DNA from: Candidatus Enterousia sp.
GTDB lineage: Bacteria; Pseudomonadota; Alphaproteobacteria; Rs-D84
Reading direction: 5' to 3'
Length of the DNA stretch: 43,118 nt
Assembly (NCBI GenBank): GCA_045648865.1
Contig: JAZROU010000073.1
Span: forward strand, 1 to 43,118
The notes beneath the pieces were generated by a model that had not been told where the DNA came from, did no database searches, and saw nothing but the letters and a program-made list of their open reading frames with translations. This document shows, piece by piece, positions 1 to 7,378 of this stretch. Every line of letters begins with the position of its first letter. The first letter of the stretch is position 1. A program made the position numbers and the translations under genes.

Positions 1-10
1 CAACTATGCC

Positions 11-38
11 TTGCAATTTGCCAATCATTTGTTATCCT
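11..38 (+). promoter_or_regulatory. candidate sigma70-type promoter upstream of yebC
   Basis: TTGCAA (11-16), 16-nt spacer, TATCCT (33-38). Hexamer match by eye only. Confidence 0.3.
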
Positions 39-78
39 TTTGGGGTAATTTTAATCTAAATAAATAAAAAGGTCAAAT

Positions 79-795
79 ATGAGTGGACACAGTAAATGGC
101 ATAATATTCAGCATAAAAAAGGCGCGGCCGACGCAGCACGCAGTGGACTGTTCACAAAACTGGCACGTGAAATTACCATGGCGGCCAAGTTGGGTGATAA
201 AAACCCAGATAACAATCCACGTTTGCGTTTGGCAATTCTGACCGCGCGCAAGGCGTCTATGCCGAACGACAATATTAAACGCGCAATTGACAAGGCTTCG
301 GGGGCGAATACTGAAAATTACGAAGCGGTTCGTTACGAGGGGTATGGACCAGGTGCGGTGCCAGTGATTGTAGAGGCGTTGACCGATAATCCACGTCGCA
401 CTGTGCCGGAAATTCGCAACATCTTTGGCAAAAATGGCGGAAATATGGGCGAAGAAGGTTCTGTTGTGTTCATGTTTACACGCGCAGGTCAGATTATGTA
501 TCCCGCATCCATCGGTAAAACCGAAGATGAAATGATGGAAATTATTATGGAGGCCAATGCCGATAATCTGGAAACGTCCGAAGAAGGCTTTATAATCACT
601 ATCAAACCAGAAGATTTTGTGAACGCGCAAAAATATTTGGCGGACAAACTGGGTGAACCAGAACAGGCCGAATTGACCTGGTTGCCAAATATGCCAATGG
701 ATCTGGACGATGAAGCGTATGCGAAGTTAGAAAAGTTGGTGGATGCGCTGGATGCGAATGACGATGTGCAGAAGGTTTTCACCGCCGCAGAATAA
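79..795 (+). CDS. yebC: YebC/PmpR family DNA-binding transcriptional regulator
   Basis: 238-aa ORF. N-terminus MSGHSKWHNIQHKKG and the length are typical of the YebC family. ATG at 79. Confidence 0.9.
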   Translation: MSGHSKWHNIQHKKGAADAARSGLFTKLAREITMAAKLGDKNPDNNPRLRLAILTARKASMPNDNIKRAIDKASGANTENYEAVRYEGYGPGAVPVIVEALTDNPRRTVPEIRNIFGKNGGNMGEEGSVVFMFTRAGQIMYPASIGKTEDEMMEIIMEANADNLETSEEGFIITIKPEDFVNAQKYLADKLGEPEQAELTWLPNMPMDLDDEAYAKLEKLVDALDANDDVQKVFTAAE

Positions 796-800
796 ACAAA

Positions 801-870
801 AATAATTCATCTAAAAACAAAACCGACAACTTATGTAGCTTCTGTACACTGCGTTGTCGGTTTTGTTTTT
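801..870 (+). repeat. 70-nt hairpin repeat, copy A (probable intrinsic terminator of yebC)
   Basis: Perfect 13-bp stem 818-830/853-865, 22-nt loop, T5 tail. The 16-nt 5' flank AATAATTCATCTAAAA and 19/22 loop positions are identical to copy B at 6257-6326. Confidence 0.8.
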
Positions 871-912
871 GTCTGAAACATTTTTGTTTATTCTGTTTCA
901 GGTGCAAGGGGC

Positions 913-941
913 TTGACTTTTTATATGTAAAGGAATAACAT
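913..941 (+). promoter_or_regulatory. candidate promoter TTGACT-17-TAACAT
   Basis: -35 at 913-918 and -10 at 936-941. The predicted start site falls at about 948-949, on the ATG of the Thr-rich mini-ORF, so the transcript could be leaderless. Confidence 0.35.
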
Positions 942-948
942 TGCCTTT

Positions 949-1005
949 ATGAAAATGTTTGGTTTGTTTTTTACAACAACTACTACAACCCCGTTGGGGG
1001 TATAA
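949..1005 (+). CDS. 18-codon Thr-rich leader-peptide-like ORF (MKMFGLFFTTTTTTPLGV)
   Basis: ATG 949, TAA 1003-1005. Six consecutive Thr codons (aca aca act act aca acc, 973-990). Lies 78 nt upstream of thrS. Too short for the supplied ORF track. Confidence 0.5.
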   Translation: MKMFGLFFTTTTTTPLGV

Positions 1006-1011
1006 ATTCTA

Positions 1012-1040
1012 TTGCGGTGCGTGGCACAAATTCTTATAAT
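1012..1040 (+). promoter_or_regulatory. candidate promoter TTGCGG-17-TATAAT directly upstream of thrS
   Basis: -35 at 1012-1017 and a perfect -10 at 1035-1040. It competes with the attenuation reading of the upstream mini-ORF. Confidence 0.4.
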
Positions 1041-1082
1041 CAAACAGTTAATCAAATTTAAAAAATATAAAAGGCATTTATT

Positions 1083-2816
1083 ATGGCATATGATATTGAA
1101 TTAATACGTCATTCGTTGGCACACGTTATGGCGGCAGCGGTGAAAAAATTACACCCAGATGTTAAATTCGCAGGGGGACCCGCGATTGAAAATGGGTTCT
1201 ATTATGATTTTGATACAGAATATCGTTTTTCCGAAGAAGATTTTGCAAAAATTGAAAAAGAAATGCGGGATTTGATTAAATCAAATGGACGCTTTGAACA
1301 GAAAATTGTATCCCTGGACGCGGCCAAAGAAATCTTTGCCGACCAGCCATATAAAATGGAATGGTTGAATGAATATGATGCCGCAGGCGAGGCATTGTCA
1401 ATCTATACTTTCCGTGATTTTACGGATTTGTGTCGTGGGCCACATGTGGAAAGTTCCAAAGATTTGCCACGGGACGCGTTTAAAATTCGCAGTGTGGCCG
1501 GTGCATACTGGAAGGGGGATGCGAAAAATAAAATGTTACAACGTATCTATGTCGATGCGTTCGCCAGCAAGGAAGAATTGGATAATTTCCTGAAAATGCA
1601 GGAAGAAGCCGCCGCGCGTGATAATCGTAAACTGGGTAAGGATATGGATTTGTTCCATTTCGAACCTGAATATGCGCCGGGGTCGGTGTTCTGGCACGAC
1701 AAGGGGTACAAAATTTATCGTCGCCTGATTGAATATGTACGTCATCGTCAGGAATTAGCAGGATACCAAGAAATTTCAACGCCGGCCGTTATGGACAGGT
1801 GTTTGTGGGAACGGTCAGGCCATTGGGCAAAGTATGGGGAACACAACTATTCAGGAAAAACCCAGGATGGCAAGGTGTTCTGTATTAAGCCTATGTCATG
1901 TCCTGGTGGAATGTTGGTGTTTGGGCATGGACTTCGTTCGTACAAGGATTTGCCACTGTATATGGCGGAATTTGGCAAGGTGCATCGCTATGAGGCGGCA
2001 GGTGGTTTATCGGGCCTGATGCGTGTGCGCGAATTTACCCAGGACGATGCGCATATTTTTTGTACCGAAGAACAATTGGAAGAAGAAGTTGTTAAAATCC
2101 TGCGATTTATCAAGGATATTTATGGCAAGTTTGGATTCGATAAAATTACCATGAAATTAGCCACGCGCAAGGAATCTGAGTTCCGTATCGGGTCTGACGA
2201 AATCTGGGACAAGGCCGAGGGGGCATTAAAGCATGCGCTGGATGCAAATGGTATCGAATATGAAATTGCCGAAGGTGATGCAGCGTTCTATGGGCCGAAA
2301 ATCGATAACTATCTGCGCGATTCAATGGGGCGCGTGTGGCAGTGTGGTACCGTGCAATTGGATATGAATTTGCCAGAACGATTCGATTTGTCTTATGTTG
2401 GCGAAGATGGTGAAAAGCATCGGCCGATTATGTTGCATCGTGCAATGTTGGGGTCGATTGAGCGGTTTATGGGAATCTTGCTGGAATCAACAGGTGGTAA
2501 TTTGCCACTGTGGTTGTCGCCAGAGCCTGTTGTGGTGACGCCAATTTCGCAAAAGCATGCAGAGTATGCAAACGAAGTTGTGGCGGCATTGCGGTCGGCC
2601 GGCGTTAATGCACGTGCCGATTTAAGGGATGAAAAAGTAAACTATAAAATCCGTGAACTGTCGTTGGCAAAAACACCAATCATTGCAGTTGTTGGTGAAA
2701 AAGAAATGGCAGAAAAAAATGTCACGTTGCGTCGGTTGGGTGTGGAAAAACAGGAATCTGTGCCAATGGCGGATTTCGTTGAAATGATGAAAAATAGTGT
2801 GAAAATGCCGTTGTAA
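1083..2816 (+). CDS. thrS: threonine--tRNA ligase (lacks the N-terminal TGS domain)
   Basis: 577 aa. Has the HSLAH editing-domain motif. Zinc-ligand contexts MSCPGG, DDAHIF and MLHRA are present. It aligns from memory to E. coli ThrRS starting at about residue 65. Confidence 0.93.
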   Translation: MAYDIELIRHSLAHVMAAAVKKLHPDVKFAGGPAIENGFYYDFDTEYRFSEEDFAKIEKEMRDLIKSNGRFEQKIVSLDAAKEIFADQPYKMEWLNEYDAAGEALSIYTFRDFTDLCRGPHVESSKDLPRDAFKIRSVAGAYWKGDAKNKMLQRIYVDAFASKEELDNFLKMQEEAAARDNRKLGKDMDLFHFEPEYAPGSVFWHDKGYKIYRRLIEYVRHRQELAGYQEISTPAVMDRCLWERSGHWAKYGEHNYSGKTQDGKVFCIKPMSCPGGMLVFGHGLRSYKDLPLYMAEFGKVHRYEAAGGLSGLMRVREFTQDDAHIFCTEEQLEEEVVKILRFIKDIYGKFGFDKITMKLATRKESEFRIGSDEIWDKAEGALKHALDANGIEYEIAEGDAAFYGPKIDNYLRDSMGRVWQCGTVQLDMNLPERFDLSYVGEDGEKHRPIMLHRAMLGSIERFMGILLESTGGNLPLWLSPEPVVVTPISQKHAEYANEVVAALRSAGVNARADLRDEKVNYKIRELSLAKTPIIAVVGEKEMAEKNVTLRRLGVEKQESVPMADFVEMMKNSVKMPL

Positions 2817-2833
2817 GTCAAGGGGGATAGAAT

Positions 2834-2977
2834 ATGAGAAAAACTATGTTGTTGTTGGCGGTGATGGCGTTGCCATGCGTTGTGGCGGCGTGCGCAAAAA
2901 AGTGCGAGGTGGAACCAATTGTTGAACAAAATCAAAAGCTGATTGTGCCACCAAACTTTGGAAATATGCCAAAGTAA
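2834..2977 (+). CDS. small lipoprotein (47 aa, MRKTMLLLAVMALPCVVAACAKKCEVEPIVEQNQKLIVPPNFGNMPK)
   Basis: RBS GGGGGA 7 nt upstream. Signal peptide plus lipobox VAAC. Followed by a strong terminator. Not in the ORF track (<60 aa). Confidence 0.6.
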   Translation: MRKTMLLLAVMALPCVVAACAKKCEVEPIVEQNQKLIVPPNFGNMPK

Positions 2978-2985
2978 AAAATTAT

Positions 2986-3016
2986 GCCAAAGACATTTTG
3001 TCTTTGGCGTATTTTA
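2986..3016 (+). terminator. intrinsic terminator
   Basis: 9-bp stem GCCAAAGAC/GTCTTTGGC (2986-2994/3000-3008), loop ATTTT, T-rich tail. Confidence 0.7.
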
Positions 3017-3025
3017 TGATATAAT
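3017..3025 (+). promoter_or_regulatory. extended -10 element TGATATAAT
   Basis: TGn plus TATAAT sits 31 nt upstream of the ATG at 3056. RBS GAGGGAG at 3041-3047. Confidence 0.45.
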
Positions 3026-3055
3026 GTCCATAATGAACAAGAGGGAGATTTTATC

Positions 3056-3865
3056 ATGAATGATGATAATAATTTGGATTTACTGGATTTAGACGATAAT
3101 GGCGCAATGGATACATTGCCAGATGCGACGCCGTTCGCAGCGCCACGCCCGAAAAAACCGTGGCTGTTGTTGGGGGTGGGGTTGGTTGTTATCGTGTTGG
3201 CAACCTATGTCATCATTCGTGCAATTGGGGATGATTCTTCGTCTACGATAGAGGTGGATCTGGATGCCCCGGTGGTAGAGGCAGACGCAGGACAACCGGT
3301 GGATATGAATGTAATGCCACCAGTCGATCCGGTTCAGGTACAGCCACAACCTGTACAGGTGCAACCACAGCCTGCGCAACCACAGCCACAGCCGGTTGTG
3401 GCCCAGCCACAGCCAGTTGTTCCAACAGCCGGTGTGCCGGTGCGTGTTGTCGAAGAACGCAAGGAAGTGAAATTTAATCCTGTGGCAGAGGAAAAACCAG
3501 CTGCTAAACCACAGCCTGTGGCGGCGCCAGCAAAGGCCCCGGCGGCAAAACCTGCGGCAAAAAAAGTCGCAAAACCTGCAACCAAGCCGGCCGCAACAAA
3601 ACCAGTGGCAAAGCCTGTGGCGGGTGCATGGTATGTGCAGTTCGGATCATATAGTACGCGTGCGTTGGCCGAAAGTGCCCAGCGTCAGATTCAAAATGCA
3701 CACAAGAGTTTGTTCGAAGGACATCAGTTTGTTATCTTGGCGGCGCAATTAAAGGATGGTAAAACAACATATCGTTTGCGTGTCGCGTTTAAGACAGCTG
3801 CAGATGCAAATGGGTTCTGTCGCAATGCGAAATCTGATGGACTGGATTGTTATGTTGCAAAATAA
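3056..3865 (+). CDS. SPOR domain-containing membrane protein
   Basis: TM segment WLLLGVGLVVIVLATYVII. PQ-repeat and A/K/P-rich linker. C-terminal SPOR-like domain (WYVQFGSYSTRALAE...TTYRLRV). Confidence 0.8.
   Translation: MNDDNNLDLLDLDDNGAMDTLPDATPFAAPRPKKPWLLLGVGLVVIVLATYVIIRAIGDDSSSTIEVDLDAPVVEADAGQPVDMNVMPPVDPVQVQPQPVQVQPQPAQPQPQPVVAQPQPVVPTAGVPVRVVEERKEVKFNPVAEEKPAAKPQPVAAPAKAPAAKPAAKKVAKPATKPAATKPVAKPVAGAWYVQFGSYSTRALAESAQRQIQNAHKSLFEGHQFVILAAQLKDGKTTYRLRVAFKTAADANGFCRNAKSDGLDCYVAK
3329..3421 (+). repeat. in-frame CAGCCACAR-type repeat encoding a (V)QPQP low-complexity tract
   Basis: Translation reads PVQVQPQPVQVQPQPAQPQPQPVVAQPQPVV. This is coding low complexity, not an array. Confidence 0.7.
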
Positions 3866-3884
3866 TTAATAAGGGGATAAAAAG

Positions 3885-4094
3885 ATGTTTGGACGTTTTG
3901 GATGGGCGGAAATCCTGGTCGTTGTTGTGTTGGTAGTTATACTGTTCGGGCATAACAAAATTCCAGGTATGATGAAAAATTTGGCCGATGGGTTAAATGT
4001 GTTTAAGAAAGAGTTGAAAACACAAAAAACAAAAACGTCGGAAAAGTCTGATAAGAAGGTTGTGCGAAAAAAAGCGGCAACTAAGAAGAAGTAA
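3885..4094 (+). CDS. tatA: twin-arginine translocase subunit TatA/E
   Basis: 69 aa. Hydrophobic N-terminus (WAEILVVVVLVVILFG) followed by an amphipathic, basic tail. RBS AAGGGGA. Confidence 0.85.
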   Translation: MFGRFGWAEILVVVVLVVILFGHNKIPGMMKNLADGLNVFKKELKTQKTKTSEKSDKKVVRKKAATKKK

Positions 4095-4101
4095 AATATA
4101 G

Positions 4102-4139
4102 ACCTGCATGAACTTTGTTTGTGCAGGTTTCTTGTTTTA
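4102..4139 (+). terminator. intrinsic terminator
   Basis: Stem ACCTGCA/TGCAGGT (4102-4108/4122-4128), 13-nt loop, T-rich tail. Confidence 0.6.
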
Positions 4140-4186
4140 TTAATGTTGCATAGGTTTTTTTTGTTCTTTTTTGTATGATTGAATTA

Positions 4187-4195
4187 TGGTATAAT
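4187..4195 (+). promoter_or_regulatory. extended -10 element TGGTATAAT
   Basis: TGn plus TATAAT (4190-4195), 25 nt upstream of the ATG at 4220. Confidence 0.45.
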
Positions 4196-4219
4196 TCGCT
4201 TTAAAAGGAGTTGTTTATT

Positions 4220-5437
4220 ATGAAAAAATCGTTATCTGTTATTTTTGGTGTGTTGGTGGCGCTGGGGGCGGTTGGTGCAGACGCTGCAACAAATTGGGGA
4301 ATGCGTGCAGGGTCCAGTGCAGATTTATCAAGTGCGCCGGCCACACGTACACGTGAAAAAGTTAACTATGAAAAATATCAGACGCGTACATTGACCAAGA
4401 CGTATGAGGTCAAAGATGCGGGTGATTTGTATTACACAAAACCACAAAATCGTAGTGCGCTGTATAAACAGTATGAAGGGGCGAATTCTTCGTCGGCGCG
4501 CGCGACAAAAACAACACAGCGCACAACGCGTTCTGAAAAAATTGTGAACAAAATGCGTCGTAAATATTTCTTGGCACATCCGTTCTATCAGCCGTTGGGC
4601 GGTATGTTCGGGTCGCATACTGATTTGTCTTATAATAACAGTTCGTATGATTTTGATATGAACTTGGGCGGAACAATTGGTGGTAAATGGGATATGACCG
4701 GATTTTCTATCAAGGAAGATTTCAGTTATGGTATCACAGATCGTATCGCGATTTTAGGAATGCTGCAGTATGATATGAATGAATACAAATTCGAATGGGA
4801 TGATAATTCGCCAGATGATAAAATGGACGATGATGGTCTGAATTTGTTTGGTTTTGGTGCGCAATGGCGTTTTGTTGATACGACCGAATGGATTGCAACG
4901 GCATCTGCGTATTTCCAGCATCAAAAAGATATTGCAAATAATTTCCTGATTGATTTAAAGGCGGGGTACAAGGTATCGTCATCCACAATATACGGTTTGG
5001 TGCGCGGTTGGTATGTTGATCTGGACGGGGATTCGTATGGTAATGCCGTTGTTGACGCGGATGTAAATGGTGCGGAACAGACGCTGTATATTCCATATCA
5101 GGTCGGGGACAGCAATGCAATGTATTTAGAGGCCGGGTTAGGTGTCTTCAGTGTTCTAAACGAAGATTGGACATTAAATGTAGAGGCGATCTTTGGTGAC
5201 TATGATTGGCATAATCAAGGCAATATCAAGGGGGCAATTGGTTGGCAACCAAATGACTGGTTTGCATTGAATTTGTATGTAAAGACCGCTTTCTATGACA
5301 GTGCCGATGGTAAAGAAAAATATGTTTGGTACAAGTCTGCAGATTTGGGATATCCAGAATGGACCGAAATTGGCACAGTTAAATTGGATAATGTTGCCGA
5401 AACCAAGATTGGTTTGCAGGTGATGTTCCAGTTCTAG
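4220..5437 (+). CDS. outer-membrane beta-barrel protein, unknown family
   Basis: RBS AAAGGAG at 4204-4210. Signal peptide MKKSLSVIFGVLVALGAVGADA. Aromatic-rich, alternating C-terminal half ending ...VMFQF (terminal Phe). The ORF-track start at 4211 is a TTG inside the RBS spacer. Confidence 0.65.
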   Translation: MKKSLSVIFGVLVALGAVGADAATNWGMRAGSSADLSSAPATRTREKVNYEKYQTRTLTKTYEVKDAGDLYYTKPQNRSALYKQYEGANSSSARATKTTQRTTRSEKIVNKMRRKYFLAHPFYQPLGGMFGSHTDLSYNNSSYDFDMNLGGTIGGKWDMTGFSIKEDFSYGITDRIAILGMLQYDMNEYKFEWDDNSPDDKMDDDGLNLFGFGAQWRFVDTTEWIATASAYFQHQKDIANNFLIDLKAGYKVSSSTIYGLVRGWYVDLDGDSYGNAVVDADVNGAEQTLYIPYQVGDSNAMYLEAGLGVFSVLNEDWTLNVEAIFGDYDWHNQGNIKGAIGWQPNDWFALNLYVKTAFYDSADGKEKYVWYKSADLGYPEWTEIGTVKLDNVAETKIGLQVMFQF

Positions 5438-5454
5438 AATTTACTAAATTAATA

Positions 5455-5484
5455 CGCCCCCGGGTATCTGGGGGCGGTGTTTAT
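5455..5484 (+). terminator. intrinsic terminator
   Basis: Stem CGCCCCC/GGGGGCG (5455-5461/5470-5476), T-rich tail. Confidence 0.65.
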
Positions 5485-5506
5485 ATGGGATGTAGGGAGA
5501 GATATT

Positions 5507-6244
5507 ATGCGTAAATTTTTATCGATTTTGGTTTTTTTGGGTGTGATGGCTACACCGTCGTTTGCGCGTGCAAATGATTTGGCAACCGATACGTCGGATC
5601 CGTTGTTTCTGCAGGGGGCAGAAGAAATTTTGTCACAGTCGTCTGTTTCATATTGGGATCATATTTTGCGTTTCGGACAATCGGTATCGTATGGGATGAA
5701 TAATCGGTTGGCAATTGGTGCAAATGTTCATTACCAGCATGACTTTAACGGAACCGAAGATGGGTTTTCTGCCATCGATTTGGGCGGTGCATATCGAATG
5801 GGAAATGCAGATGATAATGATGCGCGTATAATTTCAGATGTTTTGTTCGGTTTCAAGTTTGGGGGCAGTCATCGCGTGCGTACACCAGACTATGCGGATT
5901 CTACGTATTATGTGGGGGTGCGTATGGGGCGTCAATGGGCGGGTATGACATTGGCGGCAACCGTGAAATCAACATGGGTGTTTGATGATGAACGTGGGGT
6001 TGCGTTCCTGGATTTTACACCAGAATCATATTTCCGTATTGCGCCTGATTGGCGAATTGGGGCAGGTCTGACCATTCGCAAGGCAACGCACAAAGACCCA
6101 CAGACAGGTACAGATTATGACCAAGAATGGTTGCATATGAAATTGGTGCGTCAGTATGGTCGTACACAGTATGTGGGGCATATTGACTATGAGTTTGAAT
6201 CGGATGATGCGCAGGTTGGGGCGCGTGTCAACATTCTGTTCTAA
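5507..6244 (+). CDS. outer-membrane beta-barrel protein, unknown family
   Basis: RBS GGGAGAG, then ATG 5507. Signal peptide MRKFLSILVFLGVMATPSFA. Ends ...VNILF. The ORF-track start at 5477 overlaps the upstream terminator. Confidence 0.6.
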   Translation: MRKFLSILVFLGVMATPSFARANDLATDTSDPLFLQGAEEILSQSSVSYWDHILRFGQSVSYGMNNRLAIGANVHYQHDFNGTEDGFSAIDLGGAYRMGNADDNDARIISDVLFGFKFGGSHRVRTPDYADSTYYVGVRMGRQWAGMTLAATVKSTWVFDDERGVAFLDFTPESYFRIAPDWRIGAGLTIRKATHKDPQTGTDYDQEWLHMKLVRQYGRTQYVGHIDYEFESDDAQVGARVNILF

Positions 6245-6256
6245 CAAATAAATTAG

Positions 6257-6326
6257 AATAATTCATCTAAAATCAAATCAGGCATCTTATGTAGCGTCAG
6301 TACACTACGATGCCTGATTTGTTTTT
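6257..6326 (+). repeat. 70-nt hairpin repeat, copy B (probable intrinsic terminator)
   Basis: Perfect 13-bp stem 6274-6286/6309-6321, 22-nt loop, T5 tail. Same flank and loop as copy A. The stem differs at 4 positions, each compensated on the other arm. Confidence 0.8.
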
Positions 6327-6378
6327 ATCTATACCATTATCTTTTATTTTTTACCAAGCATGGGGCGTTGGATTTTGT

Positions 6379-6406
6379 TTGACAATATTTTATTTTGTGT
6401 TAGGTT
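6379..6406 (+). promoter_or_regulatory. candidate promoter TTGACA-16-(TGt)TAGGTT for fabD
   Basis: Consensus -35 at 6379-6384. Extended -10-like element at 6398-6406. The ATG at 6416 has no purine-rich RBS, so the leader is very short or absent. Confidence 0.4.
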
Positions 6407-6415
6407 GTTCTTGTT

Positions 6416-7378
6416 ATGCAAGATAAAATAATTTTTGTTTTTCCCGGTCAAGGTGCGCAATACGTTGGTATGGGCGCAGATGTTTTTAATGATTTTGCGG
6501 TGGCACGTTATGCCTTTGAACAAGTGTCAGATGTCGCAAAACGCGATATTGCAAAAATATCTTTTGAAGGTTCACAGTCTGAATTGAACAAGCCTGAAAA
6601 TACATCGCTGGCAACGTTTGCGCATTCTGTTGCAATTGCAAATGTGGTCGAAGCCGAATTTGGTGTGCCGCTGCATACCATTGCGTATGCAATGGCGGGG
6701 CATTCAATGGGACAGTATTCGGCACTGCATTGTGTGGGCAGTATGAATTTGGTCGATGCTGTACAAATGTTGGCGGCGCGTGCAATGTATATGCAGGATG
6801 TTGCCGGTGCCGGTGGAATGGCGGCAATTGTTGGATTAAACAAAGATGATGTTGAGCAATGTATGGTCGAAGCCGCGGGTAAGGGGTATGCACAGATTTC
6901 AAATCATAATGCACGTGATCAATTCGTTATCAGTGGACATGGAGCCGCATTGGATGCAATTGTAGAGTCGGCACAAAAGCATGGTGCACGTATCGCCAAG
7001 CGATTAAATGTTGCAGTGCCGGCACATTGTGCGTTGATGGCAGGTGCAGAAAAATTGTTGCGCGCACGAATGGAACGGATTCAATTCGATGCGCCTAAGA
7101 CAAACTGGTTTTCAAATCAGACAGCAAATTTTATGTCGAATCCACGTGATGTGCGTGATGCGTTGTGCAATCAGATGACGCATGGGGTGCGTTGGCTGGA
7201 TATTATGGAAACGTTTCCACAGTATAATATTACGCGTGCCTATGAATTGGGGCCGGGACGTACTTTGTCGGGTTTGATTAAGCGGGCAAATGTGGGCTGT
7301 GTCGCAAAAAGTACAGATTATTCGTGTAATGTGCGTGCGATGTTGCGTGAAATTGGCGAAATGATGATTGCGCGTTAG
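6416..7378 (+). CDS. fabD: ACP S-malonyltransferase
   Basis: 320 aa. FPGQGAQ motif and active-site GHSMGQYSA. Confidence 0.9.
   Translation: MQDKIIFVFPGQGAQYVGMGADVFNDFAVARYAFEQVSDVAKRDIAKISFEGSQSELNKPENTSLATFAHSVAIANVVEAEFGVPLHTIAYAMAGHSMGQYSALHCVGSMNLVDAVQMLAARAMYMQDVAGAGGMAAIVGLNKDDVEQCMVEAAGKGYAQISNHNARDQFVISGHGAALDAIVESAQKHGARIAKRLNVAVPAHCALMAGAEKLLRARMERIQFDAPKTNWFSNQTANFMSNPRDVRDALCNQMTHGVRWLDIMETFPQYNITRAYELGPGRTLSGLIKRANVGCVAKSTDYSCNVRAMLREIGEMMIAR

Noticed and set aside
801-870. Hairpin repeats as integron attC sites or as tRNA-like/mobile element ends
   Set aside because: The stems lack the RYYYAAC/GTTRRRY core sites. No integrase or transposase is present in the window, and the flanking genes are core housekeeping or OMP genes.
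988-1030. Classical Rho-independent attenuator downstream of the Thr-rich mini-ORF
   Set aside because: Only short hairpins are present (CCCC/GGGG at 989-999, GTGC/GCAC at about 1017-1027), and no U-tract follows them. I therefore do not call a terminator/antiterminator pair, and the regulatory mechanism is left open.
3329-3421. Short tandem repeats at 3329-3421, 13492-13587 and 17361-17558 as possible CRISPR or minisatellite arrays
   Set aside because: All are in-frame coding low complexity (PQ, QM, PT tracts) without spacer structure. No CRISPR-like repeat-spacer periodicity was seen anywhere in the window.
7375-7378. Overlap of the convergent fabD and rarA stop codons with no terminator between them
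   Set aside because: It is real in the sequence, but it is a common consequence of genome compaction. I see no additional signal there.
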